64,000 bases of DNA from Tetramitus jugosus (lineage: Eukaryota > Protista > Heterolobosea): the NCBI GenBank assembly GCA_937625935.1, contig OW569385.1, positions 1 to 64,000 of the forward strand, written 5' to 3'. The position numbers and the translations under genes were made by a program. The notes beneath the pieces were generated by a model that saw only the letters and a list, made by a program, of their open reading frames with translations, was not told the DNA's origin and ran no database searches. This document shows positions 53,301-63,481 of the stretch, piece after piece; within the stretch, counting starts at the first letter, position 1, and every line of letters begins with the position of its first letter.

Positions 53301-55190
53301 TCTTCCTCCCAGATATGTGAGATACAATGTACGGGGTTGTGTTCGAATGAAGCCACTTTGTTCCAGCGGTGTGATTCGGGCACTTCCATAGCAATACTGA
53401 TGAAAAGTAGAGTCTGCACTTATAACATCAGGACAGTATTTGCAAGAGACAAATGAATCCAAGGTCTTGCTTACTAGTATGCTTCCATCATCATCCAAAA
53501 TCTTCGCGCGAACTGTAAAACTTCCATTGACAACCTGGAAAGCAGAGAAACTCATGTATAAGGTTTCATACCATTGAGTGACAGTATAATTGAATAGTTG
53601 GGCATCATTCTTAATGACTTCCCACACAACATTTTGAGCCAATTGTGGTCCTGTGATGGTCACGTTGAAATATCGATTGAAGCAATAGGTAGTTCTTTCC
53701 CTAATCTCGGACATTTGATATATGGGTTTCTGACAGGTGGTACCCGTCCAACCCCCTGGGCAATTACAATTTCCGTTGATACATGCACCTCTACCACTAC
53801 ACACACTTCTGCTCGAAGACAGCACACCAGAACACATTGATTCCGAATAGGGCAAAGCCTTGGCCAAAAACATATATCGATCGTACTGGGTATCGCCTAC
53901 CAAAAACTGTTGACTTCCGACCGTTACATTGGCACCAGTGTAACCTGTTATCACAGTATTATTGCTGGAATCAATTGACATTGCACTCAATGAACTAATG
54001 GAGTCACTAGAAAAACTTGCTTTCCATGAGATTCCACTTTGAGTGACTGCCAATACGATAGGATCGATATTGTTAGGTGCACTGTGGATCAAAGCTCCAG
54101 AGGGTAAATATAAAAGTCCCTGAAGATCCAGACCGACTAGAACTTGATCACTTGAGGGTGATACCTGAACACTCCTTATCGTGCAAGAATCACAATTGAT
54201 AGTGTAACCCCAAGCACTTGAGGCAGCTGCATTGACATTGGAAATGACAATATCGTAGTGGGCTCCACTTGGTGTCATATGCGCACAGTACCGAATCCCA
54301 TTTTTTGATCGGCACATGATCGATTCAACTGAGAGCTGTCCCTTCACCAGCCAAGAAGAATCTTCCATGTTAATGGTAGTGTGTAGTAAATTTCCGTTCG
54401 AAAGGACATGGGATAAAACGCCAATTTGAGTATCTGCGAGCAGGGTCACACTCACATACACCAATCCATCACCACCCAGACTAAATGAGTTAATGACACT
54501 ACTGCCTTGAGATGGTTTTCTCCAAATTGTTGCTCCATCCATTGTCATCTTCCACACGAACACCGTATCTGTTGGAGTGTACCACGGATTCAAAAGGTGA
54601 TCGTACATTGTGCCTTGAAAGGAACCACCAACATACATGTGTTTCTTCTCACAATCCAGCTCTAACATTTGAGCGTAGCAGCGACCATCCAAGACAGCCG
54701 CATCAGAAACGAGACTCCAAATCACTTGTCCGTTGGCAGCATTCAACCGAAACAAGACGCAGCGTGTCATGACAGGCAGAGTCATTTCTTCATAGCCAAA
54801 AGTGGTTGAATTGGAGTCGAGTTGTGCCACTCCATACACAGTCTCACCATCACAAGAGTTCAATGCATACACCTTCCATGCCTCTGTCGGTTCCATTCGT
54901 GTCACCCACAAGAGTTGATCTGTTTTTGGGTTGTATCTTGCAATTCCCCTGGAAACGTATTTGAGTGGAGATTGTCCAAGCAAACCAAATGGACGATAGT
55001 TGTAAGCCATATCCGTTTCTGCATAAAAGAACACTGCCGTCTCATTGTAAGCTAACAAGGTCTTGCTTGAAAATCCCGGAATAATGGAGAAACTGCCAAT
55101 TGACCCCGCCGTAATGGCACAGTTGACATTTGATGTCAAAAGAATAACCACGAGCAACAAAGAGAGTATGGAGAAAACGGGACCGTTCAT
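50394..55190 (-). CDS. Adhesion-GPCR-like receptor: beta-propeller, EGF, REJ-like, GAIN/GPS, 7TM, RGS
   Basis: Signal peptide, EGF CSGRGACINGNC, GPS CKFWDE..TWSSNGC...CRCNHTTSFSV, seven hydrophobic segments and RGS YCQQEFSLENLLLW...RQVNMS. Confidence 0.9.
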   Translation of the reverse strand: MNGPVFSILSLLLVVILLTSNVNCAITAGSIGSFSIIPGFSSKTLLAYNETAVFFYAETDMAYNYRPFGLLGQSPLKYVSRGIARYNPKTDQLLWVTRMEPTEAWKVYALNSCDGETVYGVAQLDSNSTTFGYEEMTLPVMTRCVLFRLNAANGQVIWSLVSDAAVLDGRCYAQMLELDCEKKHMYVGGSFQGTMYDHLLNPWYTPTDTVFVWKMTMDGATIWRKPSQGSSVINSFSLGGDGLVYVSVTLLADTQIGVLSHVLSNGNLLHTTINMEDSSWLVKGQLSVESIMCRSKNGIRYCAHMTPSGAHYDIVISNVNAAASSAWGYTINCDSCTIRSVQVSPSSDQVLVGLDLQGLLYLPSGALIHSAPNNIDPIVLAVTQSGISWKASFSSDSISSLSAMSIDSSNNTVITGYTGANVTVGSQQFLVGDTQYDRYMFLAKALPYSESMCSGVLSSSRSVCSGRGACINGNCNCPGGWTGTTCQKPIYQMSEIRERTTYCFNRYFNVTITGPQLAQNVVWEVIKNDAQLFNYTVTQWYETLYMSFSAFQVVNGSFTVRAKILDDDGSILVSKTLDSFVSCKYCPDVISADSTFHQYCYGSARITPLEQSGFIRTQPRTLYLTYLGGRGAYPYDTSWNFKIIDELTGLPMSEKEANLYFEKYYDSVCYVRPRSIAGIRSNIRIYTSVAFTARNERHIVYYNESTGPGDTISENVHLSVLPPQGLSLSDNFTLATMPPQNHSYVFSYSYLDESTGKYVSLNSYSTKSNLTTVLPPGVARNNYYLRIRVIIMDLDIGAIGESSQTVRVLAPNNEQAINNAINKALESNNIDTLIVATALINDSQASNISSTNKLITKVLDFIGSSIDENTTSIDIGQRTLAVEVLTRKTKIMNTELLTSALHIVENIIVLTQRNNSVAIIDQSTATTMTDIISNIASNFTDPLLATRTVNTAQQLANYLITDKVLGSQESLYQSTNFELSVGRTNLSVAQILHKSGNTTDYLSLPASFGTDVKLNSVAYSVLIFKKNPYLTGNQTNETQSAVIDVKFIDSDSSTIPVVGLSKGILLHFNGSIDTTQSVACKFWDEQKLTWSSNGCEVDSIADSSVVCRCNHTTSFSVFILENGDKRTPIGLRATGIVFNTIYIVLCCIILVSITLLRNEQPLRTRYMAPFMGMIALVVESVLQGWVRNSLSLADKKLGSDAVSYIIILLANPLTIAALFTFFWQQVRFLLLQNIYYLMPRANRKHMILVNKILASKIVFFTLTVLVAIVSMGAFAILVGFSAYYNNRNEFSKRNIAVTVQAILFAGIMIFIALLILLALIYDYILSLKTEISTESVVADDNGDIIEKKSRKHWLHLYSHFRNDPLMFRLEACVILVAALLVLVLYSLGIASLNADAQSAIVIVRTVFEIVLGFVSIAAFGGFVCVITLMTFISKIRNKDDSYEAIPGNGSTMTDSDQKILDLLRHDHGYKLVYIYCQQEFSLENLLLWKDLEEVRLGNLTSTDSNRLMDVRRMKELYLDLNSERQVNMSNQQRKKVLEQISGDSVSASQAEEAYRILYGICLTNLSDTLSRLQSTAQFAQYLEIQSKQQELKSTLRMN

Positions 55191-55331
55191 CTTTTTTTTG
55201 GGTGTGTGGAAGAGTTTTGGCGGTGACTGGCTGCTGTTCCGCGGATTTGAAGCGTTTCTTTATTTTCAAGAGACTTGGTGTTGATTTTCTCCGAGATAAT
55301 GACGCGGCAGATGTCATGATTGTTGAGATAT

Positions 55332-56858
55332 TCATTCGTATGTGTTCCATTGATCAACGGTTGACTTGAGGCAATTGAGAGTTGTGGGAGTGATCATTTC
55401 TTGCTGTCTCGAAGATATTTGTATCTCTCGGAGTGTTCCCTGGAGATATTGGAATGCAGGGTCAGTAAATTGAAAACAGAGAATCATTCTCAAAGTGTGG
55501 ATGGTTCCTTCTAGATAACGGAAAGCTTCGTTTGTAATTGTTTGTTGATCACAACAGGATATATTCAGGGTATGAATAGTTCCTTGGAGATAACTGAAGG
55601 CTCGATCGGTAATTGTACTTTGTTTACAATTACTCATATCCAAATGATAGATGGTTCCCTCCAGATATTGGAAAGCATCATCAGTCATTTGTGTACAGCC
55701 ATTCATCACCAACGTGTGAATTGTCCCTTTCAGATGACGAAAAGCTTCGTTTGTAATCGTTGCTTGAGTGCAATAGGATACATCCAACTTACGGATAGAT
55801 CCTTGCAGATAACTGAATGCTTTATCAGTTATAGTTGTTTGGTTGCAACATAACATTATTAGGGTATGAATGGTTCCTTGAAGATACCGAAATGCATTAT
55901 CTGTGATCGTTTCTTGATCACAAAATGATATATTTAACTTATGTATAGTTCCTTCCAGATAACTGAATGCTTGGTTAGTAATTGTTGGTTGGTTACATCC
56001 TGTCATGTTCAGCGTACGAATTGTGCCCTGCAAGTAACTGAATGCCTTGTCTGTGATGGTTTCTTGATCACAAGAGGACATATTTAGTTTGTGGATAGTT
56101 CCTTGCAGATAACTGAATGCATCGTTTGTAATTGATGATTGATTACAACTGGCAATATCTAACTCGCGAACAGTTCCTTGTAGATAACTGAATGCTTTGT
56201 CTGTAATGGTTGGTTGATTGCATCCTCTCATACGAAGCATTTGAATTGTTCCCTGCAGATAACTGAATGCTTTGTCAGTTATTGTCGTCTGATTGCACAT
56301 TGAGAGACATAAGTGTTGTATCGTTCCTTTCAGATAGCTGAATGCCTGATCTGTAATCGTCGTTTGATTGCAACCAAACATGTACAATGAATGGATTGTT
56401 CCTTGCAGATAGCTGAATGCTTGATCTGTAATTGTGATTTGCGTGCACCCTGAAATATAGAGGGTATGGATCGTACCTTGCAAATAACTGAATCCTCTGT
56501 CAGTTATTGTTGGTTGATCGCAGTTTGATATGAGTAGCTCATGAATTGTTCCTTGGAGATAACTTAGTGTTTCATCACTTATTTCTTTGTTTTCTGCAAA
56601 GTCAACACTGTAGAGAGTACCCTTGGCTAACTTGAGACATTCATGCAACTCATCAATGTCAATGTCTGATCGACATGTTCTAGTCTTATATGCCATGACC
56701 CGTTTGTTATACTTGAGTTGATTCAACTCTTTGTTGGCATAACTCAGAGAGATAAAGTCTTTTGTCCCCAAATGATCAACAATTTCAGTCAATAACTCGA
56801 TAGGAAGGGCAGTGACACGTTGTGTTGATTCTTGCATTGTTTTTGTGTGGAAACTCAT
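55332..56858 (-). CDS. F-box + 26-aa leucine-rich repeat protein
   Basis: LPIELLTEIVDHL F-box followed by about 16 copies of ITDxAFSYLQGTIHxLxMSxCxQxT. Confidence 0.9.
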   Translation of the reverse strand: MSFHTKTMQESTQRVTALPIELLTEIVDHLGTKDFISLSYANKELNQLKYNKRVMAYKTRTCRSDIDIDELHECLKLAKGTLYSVDFAENKEISDETLSYLQGTIHELLISNCDQPTITDRGFSYLQGTIHTLYISGCTQITITDQAFSYLQGTIHSLYMFGCNQTTITDQAFSYLKGTIQHLCLSMCNQTTITDKAFSYLQGTIQMLRMRGCNQPTITDKAFSYLQGTVRELDIASCNQSSITNDAFSYLQGTIHKLNMSSCDQETITDKAFSYLQGTIRTLNMTGCNQPTITNQAFSYLEGTIHKLNISFCDQETITDNAFRYLQGTIHTLIMLCCNQTTITDKAFSYLQGSIRKLDVSYCTQATITNEAFRHLKGTIHTLVMNGCTQMTDDAFQYLEGTIYHLDMSNCKQSTITDRAFSYLQGTIHTLNISCCDQQTITNEAFRYLEGTIHTLRMILCFQFTDPAFQYLQGTLREIQISSRQQEMITPTTLNCLKSTVDQWNTYE

Positions 56859-56996
56859 GTTCGTTCTTTCCAGTTCTTAATTTTTAGAGTCGAAGACCAA
56901 CAAAAGGTACTAAAACTTTCTGAGCTTCTAACCAACAAGGGCCGAGCAGGCAACACGTCGCACGTCGTGCTAAAATTTTGCGAAAATCATATTTAT

Positions 56997-58300
56997 TTTT
57001 TTTTTTTTTTTGTTCCATACAACCAAGTGTGCGCAAGCACACGATTGCTCATTTATTGACTTGTTTTGTGAGTGACGACCCGTAGGGCGTCGCTCACTCT
57101 TCTTCTCTTGTTGTCCCCGACGGTGCACCTACAGGTTGGAAGAATCACTCTGGTGAGTGTTTTGATTGATGCCCTTCATCAAAGAGCGTAACCTTGTAGT
57201 AGGACCGCCGATGGACACAGAGCCATCTGTTGTTGTTTTCTTGTTTTGGGCCTTGTTGCTCCTCAGATCACCCAGTGTGATCCTAGCACTCCTCTTCTTG
57301 TTGTCATTGAGTTGTGGACTTTGAATCTCCTTTTCGGAGTCGTCGTCCACATCCACAATGACTGGTTCGTCCTCAGTCAAACCATACCTTTTGCGTGCAC
57401 TGGCTAGTGCCAATGCAGCAATTTCCTTCTTCGCTCTGGCAAACACTGGAGAAGTGGCATTCACTTGCTCCAGGATTTGCTGATTTTCAGCGCTGAGCTG
57501 TGCAACAGGCACTGTTGGCAGTGGTGTTGCACTCCTTTGTTCTTCTGTCTCCATCAGACCAGGAGCAGTTCTTTGTGCAACTTCTTGTTCCGGTATCGGA
57601 ACCGGTTTGTTGCCCTCTTGGCCCTTTGTCTTTGCCAATTCCTTGGTGAGTTCTGTGACCTGTCGACGCAGTCCGTCAACCACCGTCAGCAGCTCCTCAT
57701 ACATCTTTGTCAACCTCTTGTTGACGGCCTTGAGAGGATCATGTGGTCTCTCGACGTATCGAGTGACCGTGGCCTTTACCTTGTTCGCTCCGGTGAGCAC
57801 TGCTTGTGCATAGGTTTCATCACCCATGACCACGAAAGCAGTGTCACGCTTCTTGAGCACACTGGCGACCTTTTCAGGTCCCAGTAGCTTCTTGATGTCG
57901 TCCACTGACATGTTCTTCATGCCATGGACGACCACCTTTCTTGTGCAATCAACACTGCGCTTGGGTGCAGCAGTGCTGTTGCCAATCCTCCTTTGCTTGT
58001 TGAACAAATCAACAAAGTCATAGATGCGGTCACCCTTGACCGTCACCCATGCAACAAAGCGTTGCTGGCCTTTCCTCTTGATGACTTGGACTCGGTTGAG
58101 CCACTCACCAAACTCCTCTCCAATCTTTCTTGCCAAAGATGACTGAGAGACGCCATTACCGTTGCCAGTAATGACGACCTCTCTGTCACTTGGCCTAGAG
58201 CCTTTCCGTGCAGTGGTCCACACTGCATAACGGCTGTTGCCGTATTCCTTCACCAAATTTGTTGAATCACCAGACATGTGATTCCGTTTTTTTCTGCGTT
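56997..58300 (-). mobile_element. Non-autonomous non-LTR retroelement (ORF1-only), inserted upstream of a tRNA gene
   Basis: 15-bp TSD gaaaatcatatttat at 56982-56996 and 58301-58315. Poly(A) (T run to 57011), AATAAA at 57052-57057, a single ORF, and a 5' end 43 bp from tRNA-Arg. Confidence 0.85.
57129..58277 (-). CDS. ORF1p-like protein (RRM-like folds + coiled coil), 382 aa
   Basis: RNP2/RNP1-like KVVVHGM..MSVDDIKKLL...TAFVVM followed by a heptad region. Fills the element. Confidence 0.65.
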   Translation of the reverse strand: MSGDSTNLVKEYGNSRYAVWTTARKGSRPSDREVVITGNGNGVSQSSLARKIGEEFGEWLNRVQVIKRKGQQRFVAWVTVKGDRIYDFVDLFNKQRRIGNSTAAPKRSVDCTRKVVVHGMKNMSVDDIKKLLGPEKVASVLKKRDTAFVVMGDETYAQAVLTGANKVKATVTRYVERPHDPLKAVNKRLTKMYEELLTVVDGLRRQVTELTKELAKTKGQEGNKPVPIPEQEVAQRTAPGLMETEEQRSATPLPTVPVAQLSAENQQILEQVNATSPVFARAKKEIAALALASARKRYGLTEDEPVIVDVDDDSEKEIQSPQLNDNKKRSARITLGDLRSNKAQNKKTTTDGSVSIGGPTTRLRSLMKGINQNTHQSDSSNL

Positions 58301-58343
58301 GAAAATCATATTTATACAAAAATAACTCATTTTCACATATCAA

Positions 58344-58417
58344 GCAGGCGTGGCTCAATTGGATAGAGTATCGGCCTACGGAGCCGGGGGTTGCGGGTTC
58401 GAGTCCCGCCGTCTGTA
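58344..58417 (+). tRNA. tRNA-Arg(ACG)
   Basis: Cloverleaf: acceptor GCAGGCG/CGTCTGT, anticodon arm TCGGC-CTACGGA-GCCGG, GGTTCGAGTCC, and a T5 terminator downstream. Confidence 0.93.
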
Positions 58418-58512
58418 CACCTTTTTCTCAATCAAAGCTTGCGAACACAACGAAAATACAAGGAAAGCGACTATCAGTATAAACTTCCGTGCACATTTGG
58501 TTCCTCATCGAC

Positions 58513-60187
58513 ATGGGAAATCAAACGAGTCGTCATCATGATTCAAGACAGCACCTGTCATCTGCCACAACAGTGATCCCGCCCAAAGAAAAAGGAAAGA
58601 TCAAAAAGCTTGGCCATGTGATTCGAAAATTCATGACGACGCCACCAGCAGCAGCTGATGTCATTCGTGGCAATTCCTTCAAGAAGAAGAAGAAAGATGA
58701 AGATAACACTGTTCAGCATCACCTGACACTGCTCTTGTTTGGTTGTGGAGGTGTTGGTAAAACGAGTTTGATTGTATGTTGTTTGTTGTTGGACGATCGA
58801 CTGTCATTTGTGTGTTTTTTAAGTTGTTTATTTGTTGTTGAAGTTTGATGATGATCAGAGCTATATAATATTTGATTGTTATCAAGTTCATAAACTTACC
58901 TGTTTGAAATTTCTCTGTTTTCTTTTTTTGTTTCATGGTTGGTCACTTTTTTTGTTGTTATTGTTGGTCTGTTTGTTTTGTTATTCATATGCACGTGTAT
59001 TATTATTATTATTATTGTTGCAGAAACAATTGATCATCATGTTCAAAGCTCATGACTTGAATGATGAACAGAGAATGAGGTGGATATCGACGATTCGGAC
59101 AAATTGTCTAAAATCGATGCAACAACTGTTAATATTAACGTGTGGTTACACGAATTTGGAGACTGGTGCGACTCATCGTGGCAGTAGCAATGGTGGTGAT
59201 TATGCATTGGATGAACTTGGTGTAGAGTCCTCCTTCTTGGTAGAAGAGAAAAATATGGGAGCAGCTCGAGAGATTTCTCAATTGAGTGCCTCCATGATTG
59301 CCAATCGGATTTGGACACGTGAGTTGGCTGCACAACTCATGAGCCTATGGTTTGATTCACATGTTCAACTCGCTTTTCGATTGTATGGTCACTTGTTGCA
59401 CTATGAGAATACGGATTATAATTTTGATACGAATTTGTGTGAACAAATGTGTAATGCTTCCTTCTTGCCGAGTAATACGGATATACTGATGAATACGAGG
59501 AAGACTGTGGGATTACAGGAAGAATTGTTTGAGTTGAGTGATGAGTTGTGTGTCTCGTGTTGGGACACTGGTGGACAGAGAAATGAAAGAAGAAAGTGGA
59601 AATCATTGATTCAGAACAATGAGTCCGTTCATGCCATACTCTTTGTTGTGTCAGCTGCCGAGTATGATCAAATGTGTTACGAAGATGGAAAGACCAATCG
59701 ACTCTCAGAATCCATCTCCACGTTCCGAGAGATGCTACAAAATGAACAATTGAAGCACGTGAATACAGTTGTCGTTTTCAACAAGATTGACTCTCTGGAG
59801 AAAAAGATGGCACTAAGGGACACCTTATCAGAACACTTTCCAGAATATAAGGGCGGTCAAGACGCTGCACAAGCTCTTCAATTTATCAAACAACAATTCT
59901 CTAGCGTTATCAGCCTGCCAGACTGCGCCCGCAAGGATGGTGCTCAAGTCAGCTTTATTGAAGCGAACATGATCGATAGGGATCATGTAAAACGGTTGAT
60001 TCATTTTGTTGTCAATGAGCAAGGCAGTGGTGCTCGATTCCACATTCCACACATCTCTGACGATGATAGACAAAATCATAGGCGTCTCTCCCAGAATGAT
60101 GACACAGACTCGGATCCAAACAATGACATTGCTGCTCATGAAGGTTCACCCAACGGTGGCCTACTATTGCCCAGCAGTTCACAGTAA
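58513..60187 (+). CDS. Heterotrimeric G-protein alpha subunit; exons 58513-58773 and 59024-60187
   Basis: MGNQTS myristoylation motif; GCGGVGKT, RKTVG, WDTGGQRNERRKW and FNKID; phase-0 GTATGT...CAG intron. Confidence 0.92.
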
Positions 60188-60443
60188 ACATGTTTAGTAT
60201 TGAATCTAATGCTGCCTAACTTTGGTTACAAACAGAGATCAACCTGGCTGCCAACGATAGGATGACGATGAAGATTCAGAGAGTGAACTGCATCTGACAA
60301 GAATGAAGTTTTTCTCACTTTAAGAGCTTATTAAGTATTTCCTATTATTTCAAACAGATTTATTACCACATTGATCAGGTGAAGTCAAGCCAATCAGTCA
60401 GTTTTGTTCAAACAGAGAGATATGGTGAGTGAGTACACACATC

Positions 60444-61733
60444 TTACAATGGTCTTGCAGAGTAGATTGAAGATTCAATGCTGCACTCATTGGTTCCTCT
60501 TCGGATCCAGAAGTATCCGTTCATTCCCCAATTTGGTCCCCAACTGTTGGCAACAATCCAATATGGCATTCCAGAAGCGCTATCTGTTCCCCAACCGACA
60601 ATTCTAATGGCATGACCTGCCTGAAGAGAACCATAGGTGTGAGTGTAGACACCAGACTTGTAATAGTAGAAATCAGAGTAGACATAGTATGAGGCATGAA
60701 CTGGACCATTGGCCACAATATCATTCATCACACTGGTCAAATCAGTACTGGAGAACTTTGTAATCGTGTTGGAGTTTGCTCTGTATCTGACAAATGAACC
60801 AGAACCGGTACATGTGTTGGCACAAGCCTTGTTGCTAGTGTCGGAAGCACTCACATAAGGTGTACAGGTCTCAGTAGTTGTTCCAGTCTCAGCCAAGAAA
60901 GTCCAAGTCTTGGACATGTAACCACCCTTGCAAGCCAAGTTATAACTGTTGCAGTTGAGTTGGTATTGTGGGGAGAGATCAACCTTGGTGGCACCTTTGG
61001 TAGCAATACAGATTCTATCGGCCAAGACACCAGCAGCACTGAATGCCCAGCATCCTCCACAACTTCCCTGAGACTTGATTGTGGACATGCAGTTTGGCCA
61101 CTTGGTACGAGCATCGAAAGAACTTGGCGTACCACCAGTCACAGCTGGTGATGGTGCTGGAGAAGGAGTTGGAGTTGGTGCAGGAGCTGGTGCTGGTGTT
61201 GGTGCTGGAGTAGGTGCTGGAGAAGGAGATGGAGTGGATGACTCTGGTCCAATGACCAAACTACCACTCACGCAATGATATTGAGTTGGATTGTAGCACG
61301 CTCTTCCGCAAGCAGTCATTCCAGATGGGCACATTTGTCCATTGGTACAAGTGTATTGAGTTGGATTGTAGCAAGCACCATCACAGCAAGAAAGAGTTCC
61401 ACAGTCGACACCGCCGCAAGTCTCTTTAATCTTTCTGCTTTGAGGAGCAGTGGCATTGTTAAACATTTCTTCACCGTCGTCTTCAATCTGAATACCCAAG
61501 AGGTATTTGAGATCTCTGACACGCTTGCCTTCGAATCCCTTATTCACACCAGCAGTCCATGAAGGATTGTTCAGGTTGATACGTTCAATCACGGCTTCAT
61601 CGTCCAAGTCTTCAAAATCGTGATTCACACCAGAAATGGATCTTGGGAATGCACTCAATGCAAATGAGCAGTAGGAGACAACGAGGAGGAGCAGAGCCAA
61701 CAGAATGGCAGAATTCTTTCTTGAGTAAGACAT
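60444..61733 (-). CDS. Cathepsin B-like papain (C1A) protease with a CBM52-like insert and Pro-rich linker in the pro-region
   Basis: QGSCGGCWAF, GHAIRIVGWG and YWIVANSWG. Propeptide IN.NNPSWTAG.N. Two CYNPTQY.C units and PAPTP repeats precede the mature domain. Confidence 0.93.
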   Translation of the reverse strand: MSYSRKNSAILLALLLLVVSYCSFALSAFPRSISGVNHDFEDLDDEAVIERINLNNPSWTAGVNKGFEGKRVRDLKYLLGIQIEDDGEEMFNNATAPQSRKIKETCGGVDCGTLSCCDGACYNPTQYTCTNGQMCPSGMTACGRACYNPTQYHCVSGSLVIGPESSTPSPSPAPTPAPTPAPAPAPTPTPSPAPSPAVTGGTPSSFDARTKWPNCMSTIKSQGSCGGCWAFSAAGVLADRICIATKGATKVDLSPQYQLNCNSYNLACKGGYMSKTWTFLAETGTTTETCTPYVSASDTSNKACANTCTGSGSFVRYRANSNTITKFSSTDLTSVMNDIVANGPVHASYYVYSDFYYYKSGVYTHTYGSLQAGHAIRIVGWGTDSASGMPYWIVANSWGPNWGMNGYFWIRRGTNECSIESSIYSARPL

Positions 61734-62512
61734 GATTCTAGTAGGTGGTTGGTAATTAAGGTGTTTGTTATTGTGTTGTTTGTGTTGTTATCCAAGTGGT
61801 GTTGTCCAGAGGTGTTGCTTTTATACGTAGGCTGGTTGTCTCACACATGGGGGCTTGTTACAACCATTCAGTAGATTCGCGGCAACATCACATATGACAG
61901 CATATTCATACCCATATTCTCAATGTTCAAAAGAGCGAATGTTTTTGGAGGATAGATCCCGAATGGGACAGTAGGAAGTTTCTAGTTGCTACGGAGAGAG
62001 TCTTTCATGAGAAACAGAATCGCTCTGTTTCACTCTTTCGAAGGGAAGAATGACCCGCGTAGCATAGGTCAAGATTCTGTTCCGAGCATCCAATGAATCA
62101 AAAAAAAGATGCGACAACAGACACGGATTCGATGGTGAATCAATGAAGGTCATTCGTCGATAAGCTTAACTGCAACGAGAGCGATGAATACTTCCAGATT
62201 CAATTTGGTGGAAGCAAAAATGTTCATCTGTTGTAATGTTGATCTCCGACAAGAATCGGCGAAATTATCTCCAAAGAGAACAACTTCATGCCCTATTCGG
62301 GAAGTCATCCTTTACGGATAACATTTTGCTCTGAATTGTGAATCGTCAATCATTGTATTGAATGTGTGAGCCCTTGAATCCTCCCTACATAAAGGATGAC
62401 AGGGAACTCTGGCTCTCTCTCAACAACAACCACAAACACAAAGAATACCAACCATAACAACAAGTACACTGAGATCTTCTCACTTTTAGGACAACACAAG
62501 AGAATTTTAACA

Positions 62513-63082
62513 ATGAACAGTTCACTACTCAGAATTTCAGCCAAGAGACTGCTCAATAACTCCAAGGGCTTAAATAAGGTTCAATTCCTTGCTGCATCGT
62601 CCTGCTCTAGCATGATGAACACGAACCTTTCCAAGAATTGCTTCCAGTTGACTCAACCTCAATTCAGAATGGTTGCTTCGGACAAGAAGGCTGCTAACCC
62701 TGGATACCTCGATGGACTCGTCGGTGAATACGAAGATCCAAACTACAAGCTCGATATCAAGACAGAAGAGTGGAGAGAGGGACAATGGTTCTATTTCTTC
62801 TCAGATTTTGGTGTGTGGATTCTATTGGTTCCAACGTGCATAGCCATTGCTGCTTCAGCAGCTTCGTTGATGTGGTACACATTGTTCGATCCAACGAACC
62901 AAGTCCTTAGATTCAATCCTCATCCTGAATTGGCCATCAAGAACGGTTTGGATCTCTATCAAGTGAGGAGTCCACTGTTGGCTTGGCAATATGAATTTGG
63001 TTTGCACCATGACAGAAAGATGCACTTTTATCATGAGATTGAAGATGCTATTGAGAGAAAGAAGAAGCTTGCCAGCTTGTAA
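62513..63082 (+). CDS. Mitochondrion-targeted single-TM protein, possibly NDUFA4/B12D-like
   Basis: Presequence-like MNSSLLRISAKRLL; one TM followed by DP.....NPHP. Confidence 0.55.
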   Translation: MNSSLLRISAKRLLNNSKGLNKVQFLAASSCSSMMNTNLSKNCFQLTQPQFRMVASDKKAANPGYLDGLVGEYEDPNYKLDIKTEEWREGQWFYFFSDFGVWILLVPTCIAIAASAASLMWYTLFDPTNQVLRFNPHPELAIKNGLDLYQVRSPLLAWQYEFGLHHDRKMHFYHEIEDAIERKKKLASL

Positions 63083-63408
63083 AGTGCAGTTGACGAACAA
63101 TAGAATCTAAGTGTTCATCAACAAAAAAATCAGGGAAGTACTCCCTCTGCAACAATGTAAATAAACTAGCTAAATTGATGAACTTGAAGAGTATTATCGA
63201 ACAAGGACCACTAACGCTGAAGAATGATGAATTACAAGCAAAGATTGAGAAACATTCACACGTGCTCCGATACTCAGCAGATGACATAGAGAAGGAAAAG
63301 GAAGATTTTGCACATAAGAATGAAGATACGTCAGATCTCTCTAGTTCAGCGCCTACTACCTCATTGCCAATAAGGATTATAAAGTCGTGCTGCAAGTACA
63401 CAAAAGGT

Positions 63409-63481
63409 TGCCGAAAGCGTGGATCGAACACGCGACCTTAAGATCTTCAGTCTCACGCTCTCCCAACTGAGCTATTTCGGC
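63409..63481 (-). tRNA. tRNA-Phe(GAA)
   Basis: Reverse complement GCCGAAATAGCTCAGTTGGGAGAGCGTGAGACTGAAGATCTTAAGGTCGCGTGTTCGATCCACGCTTTCGGCA. Confidence 0.96.

Noticed and set aside
55400-56580. 78-bp tandem DNA repeat
   Set aside because: Fully explained by the 26-aa LRR coding units.
63048-63441. ORFs overlapping tRNA-Phe
   Set aside because: They run into the tRNA gene and have no recognisable domain.
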